A stretch of 64,000 nucleotides of DNA from Eledone cirrhosa (GCA_964016885.1 CAXHJY010000271.1:22001-86000), one strand, 5' to 3'. Counted from the first letter of the stretch, positions 9,047 to 23,199 are shown. Made by a program: numbers and translations. The notes: generated by a model from the letters alone, not told the origin.

Positions 9047-9510
9047 TATATATATATATATATAAATGAATATTTATTCAATTTAAAGCGCCAATTATCT
9101 ATATATAACAAGATATGAATTTTTCTAGGGATGGGGAAATTTTCAGTTTGTTTTTATATTTTCACTTCATTTTTTACTTTCTATTTAATACAGTCTTTGA
9201 TCCAATATAATCCTGACAGTATTTGAACCAGTTTACCTCATATATATGTATGCACACACAACACTCAAGTTTCGCCATCTACTGCTATTTCATTCATATT
9301 TATTGTTTAATTAACTCTGGTCTAATTCATCAACTATTGTTAATTATATTATTACGTAGATTTCTTATAAAATCTAGTGCATATATACGTGTATATATAC
9401 AGGGAGACACTGTGTAATAGATGTAAAGAGAGTGGGAGATAGAGTTATAGAAGTAAAGAGAGGGAGAGAAATAAGCGGTAGATAGAGCAATAGATGTAAA
9501 GAGAGGGTTA

Positions 9511-9663
9511 GAACGTTCAACTTGACAGTCAGTACATATGCCAACTACCCAACCGGCCAGCCAGCCGTATTTGCGGTTGACTGGCCAGTTGGGCGGTTGG
9601 TATGTGGAACGTTCAACTACGCAGTCAGTACCGAAGTTCAACATTGTAGCCAGTGCATATGCC
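9511..9663. repeat. Palindrome + 21-bp repeat module (3-repeat form)
   Basis: Copy of 1226-1378. Confidence 0.9.
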
Positions 9664-9709
9664 GATCGCCGCGACCTCTTTGCTCTATTTAAATGACCTG
9701 GAACTAAGT

Positions 9710-9822
9710 AAAAAGAGTAGGAGATAACTCGACAAGAGCGGAGAGGGTGAGATTCGAACCATGTAAAGTCGTTGGCTCCTGAACTTCGTAAGCGGGGCTG
9801 CTACTGACTGAGCAACGCCGGC
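9710..9822 (-). ncRNA. tRNA-like Pol III element, allele I
   Basis: Copy of 1425-1537. Confidence 0.55.
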
Positions 9823-10577
9823 AGCAAGGCAAATCGCGCATAAAATAACGCTTATATCGAGAAAATAAAACAAAAATTTCAATGTTGCACTTTTGTTTGT
9901 TGTTCTTTTATTTTACGTAAACATTTCGCTGCTCTAGCCTCTTATTTCCTATTAGATTACACTTAATTCCATTAAACATTCATTCTTAGTCTCGTGGTAA
10001 ACTATTTCATCTATATTTATATCGCTGTTACAGCCTTTTATTTCTACATCTATCACCTATAGCCACTGTTACGCCGGTAGTATAAGTAGCTTTATAACAA
10101 GAAACGATGATATAACTCCACAAAATGTCTTCTTGAGCAAGACACTTCACTTCATATTGCTCCAGTACACCGAGTTACACATAGACAGATACATACATAC
10201 ACATATATATGTACACAGATAGAAATAAGAGGGAGATAGAGTAAAAGATTTAAAGAGAGGGTGAGAGTGTGACACACATTTATCTGTCTATCTCTCTCTA
10301 TTTTAACACCGGTCGTTATAATTAGTTTTATAACACCGCTATATTACCGACATGAAAGAGGTAAATAATTATTTCTTAAATGTTTAGAACATGTTTCTCT
10401 TGTCTTCTTAAATGTATAGAACATGTTTCTTATTTATATTCTTAACATAGCTAGGACCTTATCTCATTTACTGGTCTCTACTTTTAGGGCTTTGCTGGTC
10501 CCATGTGCCCTCCATGAAGACACACTCGCCCCTTCTCTCTCAGTCTCCGTACTAATTACTACACATACGTATATATA

Positions 10578-12820
10578 TTTATTTTAAGAAACCTTAATGA
10601 CAAATAATATAAAGTGTTTGTAAAGTGGGGAAGAGTAGTTTTACGGTGGGGTTGTTATATAGATATCGTTTTTGCAGTGGGGTCGTGACTGGCGTATAAT
10701 AATGAGTCACTGTTGATGTATATACAAATCATATTTTGGATATAAGTGAAGTTATTTAAGAGATTTAGTTGTTTTGTATACATTCCAGTTGTTGTCTCCC
10801 TGTTTCTTCTTCAACAACTATAACGGTACGCGATGGGGCCCACCCACAGCCCCGGCGGACAGAATGGAGAAGGCGTTTCCCCGGAGCACGGCAAGGGAGA
10901 CGCGCTGGAAAAGCCACTCCAACTCGCGGGGCTCACACCTGCGACTGGCCAGCTCAGCGCCTATGGTGGTGAGTAAGGAGGTAGCCCTGGGGTCGAGGAC
11001 ACCAGAAGTCTCCACTTCCAGGGGTACGACCGCAAACCTGTCGGAGAGTGAACGATATGTGAGGAGTTTGGCCCTCTCAGCCTGACGTGCAGCAGAACCT
11101 GGGCCAGTCGCAGACTGCACCAGGTTGCGGCTGCAGAAAGTGTCGGTGCAAGTGGCATCCCAGACGAGGGGTTTGCCACCGCGGAACGGGAAGATGGTCA
11201 TGCCATCTGGCCTTTTGCCGTCCCCTGGAGCTGGGAAGGGAAGCCTGCAGCGTCCAAGCCATGCTTAATGATTTCGTTGAGGGCAGCATGGCGTGGATTG
11301 CGGCTGGCACTGTGGCGACAGGAAAGCGGGTGGAGGCCGAAAGAGTCCATGGTGGAACGGCAGCGACATTGGTGTGAGGCCGAGCCTCAGGGAAACGCCG
11401 ATGCGCAAGCTATGGTTGTCTAGCTGCGTGCGAGTGGAGAAGGAGGGCAGGGCATGGAGCCAGGCCCCACTGTGGGGTTTGGAGGCCGCACGAAAACAAA
11501 CAAGGCGGTGCTGGTCGAGCTGGCACGTGAGCCTGTCTGAGGCCAGGCTGCACTGGATGGCATCCCAAGTGTGTTGGGGGGACTTGACGTCAACAGGGGG
11601 AGAAGGAGGAGGAACGTCTACTGGGCTAAGTCCCAGCCGGTGCCACGTCTCACAGGCGGCCACGCGTTCTCTGAACACAGAGGGTTCTGTTGTGTTTTGA
11701 AGAACCCTGCTGAGGTGGACGTGGTACGAGGTTACCGACGAAAGATACGCCGGCAAAGCTAGTGAGATCGGGGACTGGAGGCGAAGGTCGCCATACCTGA
11801 TAGGTAAAGTTGCATATCTCATCGGCTGCTGCTCGGATACAAGTCTGGGTGTAGCACAGAGTGTATAGAGGAGCTTCGGCATGGCGTAGCAGTTCCTCAG
11901 CAGAAAGAGAACTGGGTGGCCATCAATCAAGCCCAGTCGGCTCGTGAGAGTCTGGACTTGATGGAGGAGCGGATGGCCGGCGGGTGGATCGGTGAGGGCA
12001 TCCTCTTTGGGGGGTCACCTGAACCTGGCGGAGAATGGACCGCACGTCCAAGACGGAGACTGCAAAGCTTGCAGCATCGAGGCTGACATTCACCACCTCC
12101 GACTTGGCTGAGTTGACCTGGAGGTCGATTCCCGCCAGGGCAGGAACCACCGATTGAAGGTCATGGCAGAACGCCTGTACGGGCCCACCCAAAGTAGCAT
12201 CATCCAGATACCAAACGTTGAGAGGGGCCGTTATACTCCAGGCGATGTGGTCAATACCAAGGGTGAACAGGAGGGGTCCCAAAGGGTTGCCCTGTTGGAT
12301 CCCAGTAGCCAAGGGTATGACCGTATCAGCAGCATGGCGCATGCTTGGGGCTCCATATGACAGGTAGGCAGAGGGGGCTCGGCTGAGGCAGGCCTCGAGC
12401 AGATGATCCCAGCGTAAAGAGTTGAAGGCATTCCTCATGTCAAACTTGACAATGAGGTGGCTGGAGGCCCTGGATGCCGGTTCCGAGTGTTACGGACTTG
12501 CAGATTACCTTGGCAGCCAGCCTCCGGAAGACATTGCCCACAGCAATGGGGCGTATGCCATCCTCTTTCTTCCTGAGAGCGGTGAGGCTGGCCGAAAAAA
12601 AGAGGCCTCGAGCATAAGAGTCCAGGGCGCCATGGATGAGCCTATTGGTGAGCGCCACAATTGCACTCAGAAGGCGGCGCCCGGCCTCAGCGGAGAGGGG
12701 AGATATCAACTCCTTGAGGAGGCCTGGTCAGAGACCATCAACATCTCCGCAGCTGCTAGCTGGGAAGGACCTGATGGCGGACATGATGTCTGCATCAGAA
12801 GCCACAAGGAGCAAGTGTGG
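10578..12820 (-). mobile_element. CRE-like RLE non-LTR element, defective
   Basis: Near copy of 2285-4528. Confidence 0.9.
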
Positions 12821-14294
12821 ATTACAATACAAAACCTCTGAGAATGATTTCTAAGATATTTCACCATAATTAATTTTCATCAATATATATTAATATTATT
12901 ATTGTTTATTAGGTCAGGTGGATTGGCCAGAACAATTCTACTCTTCTTTTTTAGATGTCACGATTTTTCATGGCATTCCTGAGATCATTAATCTCCAGCT
13001 GGAGATCCAGAGACATCTGATGTATGTAGGTGAACCTCAGTCATCCCACTTGGGTCTTACTATGTTTAGGTATCCACCACAGGAGCCAGCTCATCAGGTC
13101 ATCCTACCCTCAGCAGCAATGTCCAGCATCTATTGATTTCCGCTCCCTAGTTATTGTGGTAATCTTCGATATCTGGGAATATATTTCTTCTGCTTAAGGG
13201 AGTAATAAATATATAGTTTTAAAAAAAACATATATATACACACACATATATATATGTTGTCATTTATAAGAGTTCTCTATCAAAAGCCTTCTCTATGTCC
13301 AAAGCTAAGTATAGTGGCTTATTTTTCTCTAAGAACCTCTTTTGTAGTTGTCTCACTAAGAAGAGGGCATCTGTTGCACTTTTCAGCGGCACAAAACCAA
13401 ACTGCATCTCATACACATACATACATATACATACATACATACATACATATACACATACATACATACATCATCATCATCATCATCATCATCATTTCGTTTT
13501 AAGTCCGCTTTTTCCCTGCTTGTAAGGGTGGGACGGGAACTGATTCTGGCTTGATTTCTACAGCTGGATGCCCTTCCTAACACCAACCTCATTTACAGTG
13601 AGTGCTGAGTGCTTTTTTGCCGTGGCACCTCCACGACCACTTTGCAGTGGAATGATATGGACCCCAGTCCCTATCATCTCATTTCTACAGCTGAGTAAAC
13701 TGGAGCAATGTGAAATAAAGTGTCTTGCTCAAGGAAACAACAGATCACCCGGTCTGAGAATTGAACTCACAACCTTTCGATTGCCAGGCCAATGCTCGAA
13801 CCACTAAGCCATGTGCCTCCATATACATATACATATACATATACATACACATACATATATATATACATACATACATATATACACATACATACATACACAT
13901 ACATACACATATACATACATATACATACATAGATATATATATATACATAATATAAATATACATACATACACATACATAAGCATATACACATAAGTATATA
14001 TACATATACACACGTATATATACATATACATACATACATATATACACATACATACATATATACATACATACACACATATATACATATACACATACATACA
14101 TATACATACATATACACATACATACATATATATATATATACATACACACACATATATACATACACACACATATATACAAACACATACATATACACATATA
14201 TACACATACATACACATACATATACACATATACACTCATATATACATATACATACATACACACACATACATACATATATACATATACATACATA

Positions 14295-14847
14295 AAGACA
14301 AATCCACCTCATGGACGAGAATGCAAGGGCTCCTCCTCTTTGTTTCGGCCGCGGATGGCTAACCCTAACCCCTTCCCCGCTCCCCACCGCTCCCAACCTC
14401 CAAACGCAATCCAAAACTTCAGAGTTGGTACCATTAATGTAGGCACCTTATAGGGTGGCTCTAACGAGGTTGTAGAAATGCTTGAACGTAAGGAGGTCGA
14501 TGTTTGTTGTATTCAAGAGACCAGGTGGAGGGGTGGGTCTGCTAGATTCATCGTGGGTAAAGAACGATGCTATAAGCTTTTCTGTGTGGCAAATGACAAT
14601 GGGCTGGGTATACACATACCACCCCACCACCCCACCGCAAAGTGGTCGTGGAGGCGCCGCGGCAAAAAAGCACCCAGCCCACACTGTAAAGCTGACGTGG
14701 AGGTGCCACGGAAAAAAAAAAGCACCCAGCACTCACTGCAAACGGGGTTGGCGTCAGGAAGGGCACCCAGCTGTAGAAACCAATCCAGAATCAGCTCCCA
14801 CCCCACCCTTGCAAGCATGGAAAAGCGGACGTATTATGAAGTTGATA
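14295..14847 (+). mobile_element. Bipartite non-autonomous RTE (copy b)
   Basis: Copy of 6003-6555. Confidence 0.85.
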
Positions 14848-14848
14848 T

Positions 14849-14905
<57 letters not shown>

Positions 14906-14948
14906 TATATATATACACATATATATATATACACACATATATATCAGT

Positions 14949-16874
14949 CATCATCATCACCGTTTTACGTCCGTTCTTCCACGCTAGCATGGGTTAGACG
15001 GGTTGTCCTGTTGTGGGCAGTGTCTGGTCGGCTGACCATGCCTTGCTCATACAGGAACTGATCTGGCTTGATTTCTACAGCTGGATGCCCTTCCTAACAC
15101 CAACCTCATTTACAGTGAGTGCTGGGTGCTTTTTCGTGGCGCCTACACGTCCACTTTACAGTGTGGGCTGGGTGCTTTTTTGCCGTGGCACCTCCACGAC
15201 CACCTTGCGGTGGGGGGGGGGGGCATATTGTTTATATGCTTCAGCATGTACCCATGGGAGGTCGGGTACCCTGTATTACTGCGTGACGCCAGAAGTCACG
15301 GTCGTGTGTCATTGACTTTGAGAGGTGTAGTTGGGTAAGGTCGGCTTTTATCACCTCATCCCAAGTCATCTTGGGTCTCCCCACTCCGCGGTTTCCATCA
15401 ACTTCTAGTGCTCTGCACCTTTTTATGCAGCTGTCATCCTTCATACGCATCACATGTCCATACCAGCGTAACCGCCTCTCCTGCACGCAGCATTTGATTC
15501 CTCTTATGCTCAGTCTCTCTCTCAATTCATTTATGCTTTGTCGTTCACGTATATTACTGTTACACATCCATCGGAGCATGCAGGCTTCGTTTCTCTCTAA
15601 TCTACGTAGGTCTTCCACCTTCAGCGCCCAGGTCTCACTACCATGCAACATCGCTGTTCGGATACACGCATCATACAGTCTGCCTTTCATTCTGAGGGAG
15701 AAGCCTTTTGCAGCTAGCAGTGGTAGTAGTTCCCTAAACTTCTTCCATCCCGTTCTTACCCTAGTTATTGTACTTTCTGAGCACCCACCTCCGTTGCTAA
15801 TTCGGTCACCTAGGTAGCAGAAGCTGTCTACTGTTTCTACAGGGCCCTCCCAGAGATTGGTGGTACTTGTTTCCTGTGGCTGTTTGCTTGCTGTTTCAGC
15901 ACAGCTGCTGCATGTGAATCCTACATTCTTAATTAAGCTTCCTGAGATCCCGCTACATCTCTTGTGTACCCATTGTTTGCATTTGGGGCAAAGAATGGAG
16001 TTCCTACCTACACCTTTCCTACATACTGAGCAAGGCCATTTCCCTGAGGGGATCTGGGTTCTGTTTTCTCGTCTACTTATAAGGACCTTAGTCTTTGTCA
16101 TGTTGACTTTGAGGCCCTTTCTCTCTAGTCCCTGCTTCCAGGTTTGGAATTTATTCTCTAGTTCTACCATAGATTCAGCTATGAGTGCGAGGTCATCAGC
16201 ATACAGGAGTTCCCATGGGCATCCGGTCTTAAACTCCTCCGTTATTGCCTGCAGGACTATGATGAACAGGAGAGGGCTAAGAACAGAGCCCTGGTGGACC
16301 CCAACCTGTACGCTAAATTCCTCGCTATACTCATTGCCAATCCTAACTTTGCTGACTGCTCCCCTATACATGGCTTGTACCGCTTTCACAAGCCATTCAT
16401 CTACTCCTAGTTTTCTAAGAGCCCACCAGATTACTGCACGTGGAACTCTGTCAAAGGCTTTCTCAAGGTCGACAAATGCCAAGTAGAGTGGCTTACTTTT
16501 AGCTAGGTACTTTTCCTGTAATTGCCTCACAAGGAAGAGCGCATCAGTGGTGCCTTTCCCTGGTACAAACCCAAATTGCATCTCGTCTATATTCACCCGG
16601 TCCCTAATCAGCTGTGCTATAACTCTTTCTGTTACTTTCATGACCTGGTCCATCAACTTTATACCTCTATAGTTTCCTCTATCTAGTGCATCGCCTTTAC
16701 CTTTGTAGCAGTTGACAATGATGCTACTGCACCAATCTTTTGGTATGGCCCCCTCTAGTATTACCTGGTTAACGATACGTGTGGTTATAGTGTGACCTAC
16801 AGACCCAGATGCCTTCAGCATCTCGGCAGCTATACCCGATGGACCGGTTGCCTTCCCTATCTTCATATCTCTGA
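14949..16874 (-). mobile_element. 5'-truncated RTE-clade LINE
   Basis: Copy of 6657-8582. Confidence 0.93.
15241..16866 (-). CDS. RTE reverse transcriptase (541 aa)
   Basis: Same protein as 6949-8574. Confidence 0.88.
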   Translation of the reverse strand: MKIGKATGPSGIAAEMLKASGSVGHTITTRIVNQVILEGAIPKDWCSSIIVNCYKGKGDALDRGNYRGIKLMDQVMKVTERVIAQLIRDRVNIDEMQFGFVPGKGTTDALFLVRQLQEKYLAKSKPLYLAFVDLEKAFDRVPRAVIWWALRKLGVDEWLVKAVQAMYRGAVSKVRIGNEYSEEFSVQVGVHQGSVLSPLLFIIVLQAITEEFKTGCPWELLYADDLALIAESMVELENKFQTWKQGLERKGLKVNMTKTKVLISRRENRTQIPSGKWPCSVCRKGVGRNSILCPKCKQWVHKRCSGISGSLIKNVGFTCSSCAETASKQPQETSTTNLWEGPVETVDSFCYLGDRISNGGGCSESTITRVRTGWKKFRELLPLLAAKGFSLRMKGRLYDACIRTAMLHGSETWALKVEDLRRLERNEACMLRWMCNSNIRERQSINELRERLSIRGIKCCVQERRLRWYGHVMRMKDDSCIKRCRALEVDGNRGVGRPKMTWDEVIKADLTQLHLSKSMTHDRDFWRHAVIQGTRPPMGTC

Positions 16875-16996
16875 TTAATTTTCCTTTTACATCTCTTAGA
16901 AATAACTGAAAATCTTTGGTGAGAACCCCAATGTCTATTTATCTAATATAATTAATTTAATTTAATTTAATTTAATTTTTATTTTAGTGAAACCAC

Positions 16997-17338
16997 TGTT
17001 GTATTCAAGAGACCAGGTGGAGGGGTGGGTCTGCTAGATTCATCGTGGGTAAAGAACGGTGCTATGAACTTTTCTGGGTGGGAAATGACAATGGGCTGGG
17101 TATACACATACCACCCCACCACCCCACCGTAAAGTGGTCGTGGAGGCGCCACGGCAAAAAAGCACCCAGCCCGCTCTGTAAAGCTGACGTGGAGGTGCCA
17201 CGTAAAAAAGAAAAGCACCCAGCACTCACTGCAAACTGGGTTGGCGTCAGGAAGGGCACCCAGCTGTAGAAACCAATCCAGAATCAGCTCCCACCCCACC
17301 CTTGCAAGCATGGAAAAGCGGACGTATGATGAAGTTGA
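16997..17338 (+). mobile_element. Bipartite non-autonomous RTE (copy a)
   Basis: Copy of 304-645. Confidence 0.8.
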
Positions 17339-17802
17339 TATATATATATATATATAAATGAATATTTATTCAATTTAAAGCGCCAATTATCTATATATAA
17401 CAAGATATGAATTTTTCTAGGGATGGGGAAATTTTCAGTTTGTTTTTATATTTTCACTTCATTTTTTACTTTCTATTTAATACAGTCTTTGATCCAATAT
17501 AATCCTGACAGTATTTGAACCAGTTTACCTCATATATATGTATGCACACACAACACTCAAGTTTCGCCATCTACTGCTATTTCATTCATATTTATTGTTT
17601 AATTAACTCTGGTCTAATTCATCAACTATTGTTAATTATATTATTACGTAGATTTCTTATAAAATCTAGTGCATATATACGTGTATATATACAGGGAGAC
17701 ACTGTGTAATAGATGTAAAGAGAGTGGGAGATAGAGTTATAGAAGTAAAGAGAGGGAGAGAAATAAGCGGTAGATAGAGCAATAGATGTAAAGAGAGGGT
17801 TA

Positions 17803-17955
17803 GAACGTTCAACTTGACAGTCAGTACATATGCCAACTACCCAACCGGCCAGCCAGCCGTATTTGCGGTTGACTGGCCAGTTGGGCGGTTGGTATGTGGA
17901 ACGTTCAACTACGCAGTCAGTACCGAAGTTCAACATTGTAGCCAGTGCATATGCC
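17803..17955. repeat. Palindrome + 21-bp repeat module (3-repeat form)
   Basis: Copy of 1226-1378. Confidence 0.9.
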
Positions 17956-18001
17956 GATCGCCGCGACCTCTTTGCTCTATTTAAATGACCTGGAACTAAG
18001 T

Positions 18002-18114
18002 AAAAAGAGTAGGAGATAACTCGACAAGAGCGGAGAGGGTGAGATTCGAACCATGTAAAGTCGTTGGCTCCTGAACTTCGTAAGCGGGGCTGCTACTGAC
18101 TGAGCAACGCCGGC
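18002..18114 (-). ncRNA. tRNA-like Pol III element, allele I
   Basis: Copy of 1425-1537. Confidence 0.55.
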
Positions 18115-18869
18115 AGCAAGGCAAATCGCGCATAAAATAACGCTTATATCGAGAAAATAAAACAAAAATTTCAATGTTGCACTTTTGTTTGTTGTTCTTT
18201 TATTTTACGTAAACATTTCGCTGCTCTAGCCTCTTATTTCCTATTAGATTACACTTAATTCCATTAAACATTCATTCTTAGTCTCGTGGTAAACTATTTC
18301 ATCTATATTTATATCGCTGTTACAGCCTTTTATTTCTACATCTATCACCTATAGCCACTGTTACGCCGGTAGTATAAGTAGCTTTATAACAAGAAACGAT
18401 GATATAACTCCACAAAATGTCTTCTTGAGCAAGACACTTCACTTCATATTGCTCCAGTACACCGAGTTACACATAGACAGATACATACATACACATATAT
18501 ATGTACACAGATAGAAATAAGAGGGAGATAGAGTAAAAGATTTAAAGAGAGGGTGAGAGTGTGACACACATTTATCTGTCTATCTCTCTCTATTTTAACA
18601 CCGGTCGTTATAATTAGTTTTATAACACCGCTATATTACCGACATGAAAGAGGTAAATAATTATTTCTTAAATGTTTAGAACATGTTTCTCTTGTCTTCT
18701 TAAATGTATAGAACATGTTTCTTATTTATATTCTTAACATAGCTAGGACCTTATCTCATTTACTGGTCTCTACTTTTAGGGCTTTGCTGGTCCCATGTGC
18801 CCTCCATGAAGACACACTCGCCCCTTCTCTCTCAGTCTCCGTACTAATTACTACACATACGTATATATA

Positions 18870-21111
18870 TTTATTTTAAGAAACCTTAATGACAAATAAT
18901 ATAAAGTGTTTGTAAAGTGGGGAAGAGTAGTTTTACGGTGGGGTTGTTATATAGATATCGTTTTTGCAGTGGGGTCGTGACTGGCGTATAATAATGAGTC
19001 ACTGTTGATGTATATACAAATCATATTTTGGATATAAGTGAAGTTATTTAAGAGATTTAGTTGTTTTGTATACATTCCAGTTGTTGTCTCCCTGTTTCTT
19101 CTTCAACAACTATAACGGTACGCGATGGGGCCCACCCACAGCCCCGGCGGACAGAATGGAGAAGGCGTTTCCCCGGAGCACGGCAAGGGAGACGCGCTGG
19201 AAAAGCCACTCCAACTCGCGGGGCTCACACCTGCGACTGGCCAGCTCAGCGCCTATGGTGGTGAGTAAGGAGGTAGCCCTGGGGTCGAGGACACCAGAAG
19301 TCTCCACTTCCAGGGGTACGACCGCAAACCTGTCGGAGAGTGAACGATATGTGAGGAGTTTGGCCCTCTCAGCCTGACGTGCAGCAGAACCTGGGCCAGT
19401 CGCAGACTGCACCAGGTTGCGGCTGCAGAAAGTGTCGGTGCAAGTGGCATCCCAGACGAGGGGTTTGCCACCGCGGAACGGGAAGATGGTCATGCCATCT
19501 GGCCTTTTGCCGTCCCCTGGAGCTGGGAAGGGAAGCCTGCAGCGTCCAAGCCATGCTTAATGATTTCGTTGAGGGCAGCATGGCGTGGATTGCGGCTGGC
19601 ACTGTGGCGACAGGAAAGCGGGTGGAGGCCGAAAGAGTCCATGGTGGAACGGCAGCGACATTGGTGTGAGGCCGAGCCTCAGGGAAACGCCGATGCGCAA
19701 GCTATGGTTGTCTAGCTGCGTGCGAGTGGAGAAGGAGGGCAGGGCATGGAGCCAGGCCCCACTGTGGGGTTTGGAGGCCGCACGAAAACAAACAAGGCGG
19801 TGCTGGTCGAGCTGGCACGTGAGCCTGTCTGAGGCCAGGCTGCACTGGATGGCATCCCAAGTGTGTTGGGGGGACTTGACGTCAACAGGGGGAGAAGGAG
19901 GAGGAACGTCTACTGGGCTAAGTCCCAGCCGGTGCCACGTCTCACAGGCGGCCACGCGTTCTCTGAACACAGAGGGTTCTGTTGTGTTTTGAAGAACCCT
20001 GCTGAGGTGGACGTGGTACGAGGTTACCGACGAAAGATACGCCGGCAAAGCTAGTGAGATCGGGGACTGGAGGCGAAGGTCGCCATACCTGATAGGTAAA
20101 GTTGCATATCTCATCGGCTGCTGCTCGGATACAAGTCTGGGTGTAGCACAGAGTGTATAGAGGAGCTTCGGCATGGCGTAGCAGTTCCTCAGCAGAAAGA
20201 GAACTGGGTGGCCATCAATCAAGCCCAGTCGGCTCGTGAGAGTCTGAACTTGATGGTGGAGCGGATGGCCGGCGGGTGGATCGGTGAGGGCATCCTCTTT
20301 GGGGGTCACCTGAACCTGGCGGAGAATGGACCGCACGTCCAAGACGGAGATTGCAAAGCTTGCAGCATCGAGGCTGACATTCACCACCTCCGACTTGGCT
20401 GAGTTGACCTGGAGGTCGATTCCCGCCAGGGCAGGAACCACCGATTGAAGGTCATGGCAGACCGCCTGTACGGGCCCACCCAAAGTAGCATCATCCAGAT
20501 ACCAAACGTTGAGAGGGGCCGTTATACTCCGGGCGATGTGGTCAATACCAAGGGTGAACAGGAGGGGTCCCAAAGGGTTGCCCTGTTGGATCCCAGTAGC
20601 CAAGGGTATGACCGTATCAGCAGCATGTCGCATGCTCGGGGCTCCATATGACAGCTAGGCAGAGGGGGCTCGGCTGAGGCAGGCCTCGAGCAGATGATCC
20701 CAGCGTAAAGAGTTGAAGGCATTCCTCATGTCAAACTTGACAATGAGGTGGCTGGAGTCCCTGGATGCCGGTTCCGAGTGTTACGGACTTGCAGGTTACC
20801 TTGGCAGCCAGCCTCCGGAAGACATTGCCCACAGCAATGGGGCGTATGCCACCCTCTTTCTTCCTGAGAGCGGTGAAGCTGGCTGAAAAAAAGAGGCCTC
20901 GAGCATAAGAGTCCAGGGCGCCATGGATGAGCCTATTGGTGAGCGCCACAATTGCACTCAGAAGGCGGCGCCCGGCCTCAGCGGAGAGGGGAGATGTCAA
21001 CTCCTTGAGGAGGCCTGGTCAGAGACCATCAACATCACCGCAGCTGCTAGCTGGGAAGGACCTGATGGCGGACATGATGTCTGCATCAGAAGCCACAAGG
21101 AGCAAGTGTGG
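18870..21111 (-). mobile_element. CRE-like RLE non-LTR element, less disrupted allele (358-aa ORF 19557-20633)
   Basis: Near copy; two G-runs are one base shorter than in unit 1, joining the RT fragments in frame. Confidence 0.9.
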
Positions 21112-22604
21112 ATTACAATACAAAACCTCTGAGAATGATTTCTAAGATATTTCACCATAATTAATTTTCATCAATATATATTAATATTATTATTGTTTAT
21201 TAGGTCAGGTGGATTGGCCAGAACAATTCTACTCTTCTTTTTTAGATGTCACGATTTTTCATGGCATTCCTGAGATCATTAATCTCCAGCTGGAGATCCA
21301 GAGACATCTGATGTATGTAGGTGAACCTCAGTCATCCCACTTGGGTCTTACTATGTTTAGGTATCCACCACAGGAGCCAGCTCATCAGGTCATCCTACCC
21401 TCAGCAGCAATGTCCAGCATCTATTGATTTCCGCTCCCTAGTTATTGTGGTAATCTTCGATATCTGGGAATATATTTCTTCTGCTTAAGGGAGTAATAAA
21501 TATATAGTTTTAAAAAAAACATATATATACACACACATATATATATGTTGTCATTTATAAGAGTTCTCTATCAAAAGCCTTCTCTATGTCCAAAGCTAAG
21601 TATAGTGGCTTATTTTTCTCTAAGAACCTCTTTTGTAGTTGTCTCACTAAGAAGAGGGCATCTGTTGCACTTTTCAGCGGCACAAAACCAAACTGCATCT
21701 CATACATATACATACATACATACATATACACATACATACATACATCATCATCATCATCATCATCATTTCGTTTTAAGTCCGCTTTTTCCCTGCTTGCAAG
21801 GGTGGGACGGGAACTGATTCTGGCTTGATTTCTACAGCTGGATGCCCTTCCTAACACCAACCTCATTTACAGTGAGTGCTGAGTGCTTTTTTGCCGTGGC
21901 ACCTCCACGACCACTTTGCAGTGGAATGATATGGACCCCAGTCCCTATCATCTCATTTCTACAGCTGAGTAAACTGGAGCAATGTGAAATAAAGTGTCTT
22001 GCTCAAGGAAACAACACATCACCCGGTCTGAGAATTGAACTCACAACCTTTCGATTGCCAGGCCAATGCTCGAACCACTAAGCCATGTGCCTCCATATAC
22101 ATATACATATACATACACATACATATACATACATATATATATACATACATACATATATACACATACATACATACACATACATACACATATACATACATAT
22201 ATATACATACATACACATACATAGATATATATATATACATAATATAAATATACACACATACACATACATAAGCATATACACATAAGTATATTTACATATA
22301 CACACGTATATATACATATACATACATACATATATACACATACATACATATATACATACATACACACATATACATACATATATACATATACACATACATA
22401 CATATACATACATATACACATACATACATATATATATATACATACACACACATATATACATACACACACATATATACAAACACATACATATACACATATA
22501 TACACATACATACACATACATATACATACATATACACATATACACTCATATATACATATACATACATACACACACATACATACATATATACATATACATA
22601 CATA

Positions 22605-23152
22605 AAGACAAATCCACCTCATGGACGAGAATGCAAGGGCTCCTCCTCTTTGTTTCGGCCGCGGATGGCTAACCCTAACCCCATCCCCGCTCCCCACTGC
22701 TCCCAACCTCCAAACGCAATCCAAAACTTCAGAGTTGGTACCATTAATGTAGGCACCTTATAGGGTGGCTCTAACGAGGTTGTAGAAATGCTTGAACGTA
22801 AGGAGGTCGATGTTTGTTGTATTCAAGAGACCAGGTGGAGGGGTGGGTCTGCTAGATTCATCGTGGGTAAAGAACGATGCTATACGCTTTTCTGTGTGGC
22901 AAATGACAATGGGCTGGGTATACACATACCACCCCACCTCCCCACCGCAAAGTGGTCGTGGAGGCGCGGCGGCCAAAAAGCACCCAGCCCACACTGTAAA
23001 GCTGACGTGGAGGTGCCACGGAAAAAAAAAAGCACCCAGCACTCACTGCAAACGGGGTTGGCGTCAGGAAGGGCACCCAGCTGTAGAAACCAATCCAGAA
23101 TCAGCTCCCACCCCACCCTTGCAAGCATGGAAAAGCGGACGTATGATGAAGT

Positions 23153-23157
<5 letters not shown>
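22605..23157 (+). mobile_element. Bipartite non-autonomous RTE (copy b)
   Basis: Near copy of 6003-6555. Confidence 0.85.
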
Positions 23158-23199
<42 letters not shown>

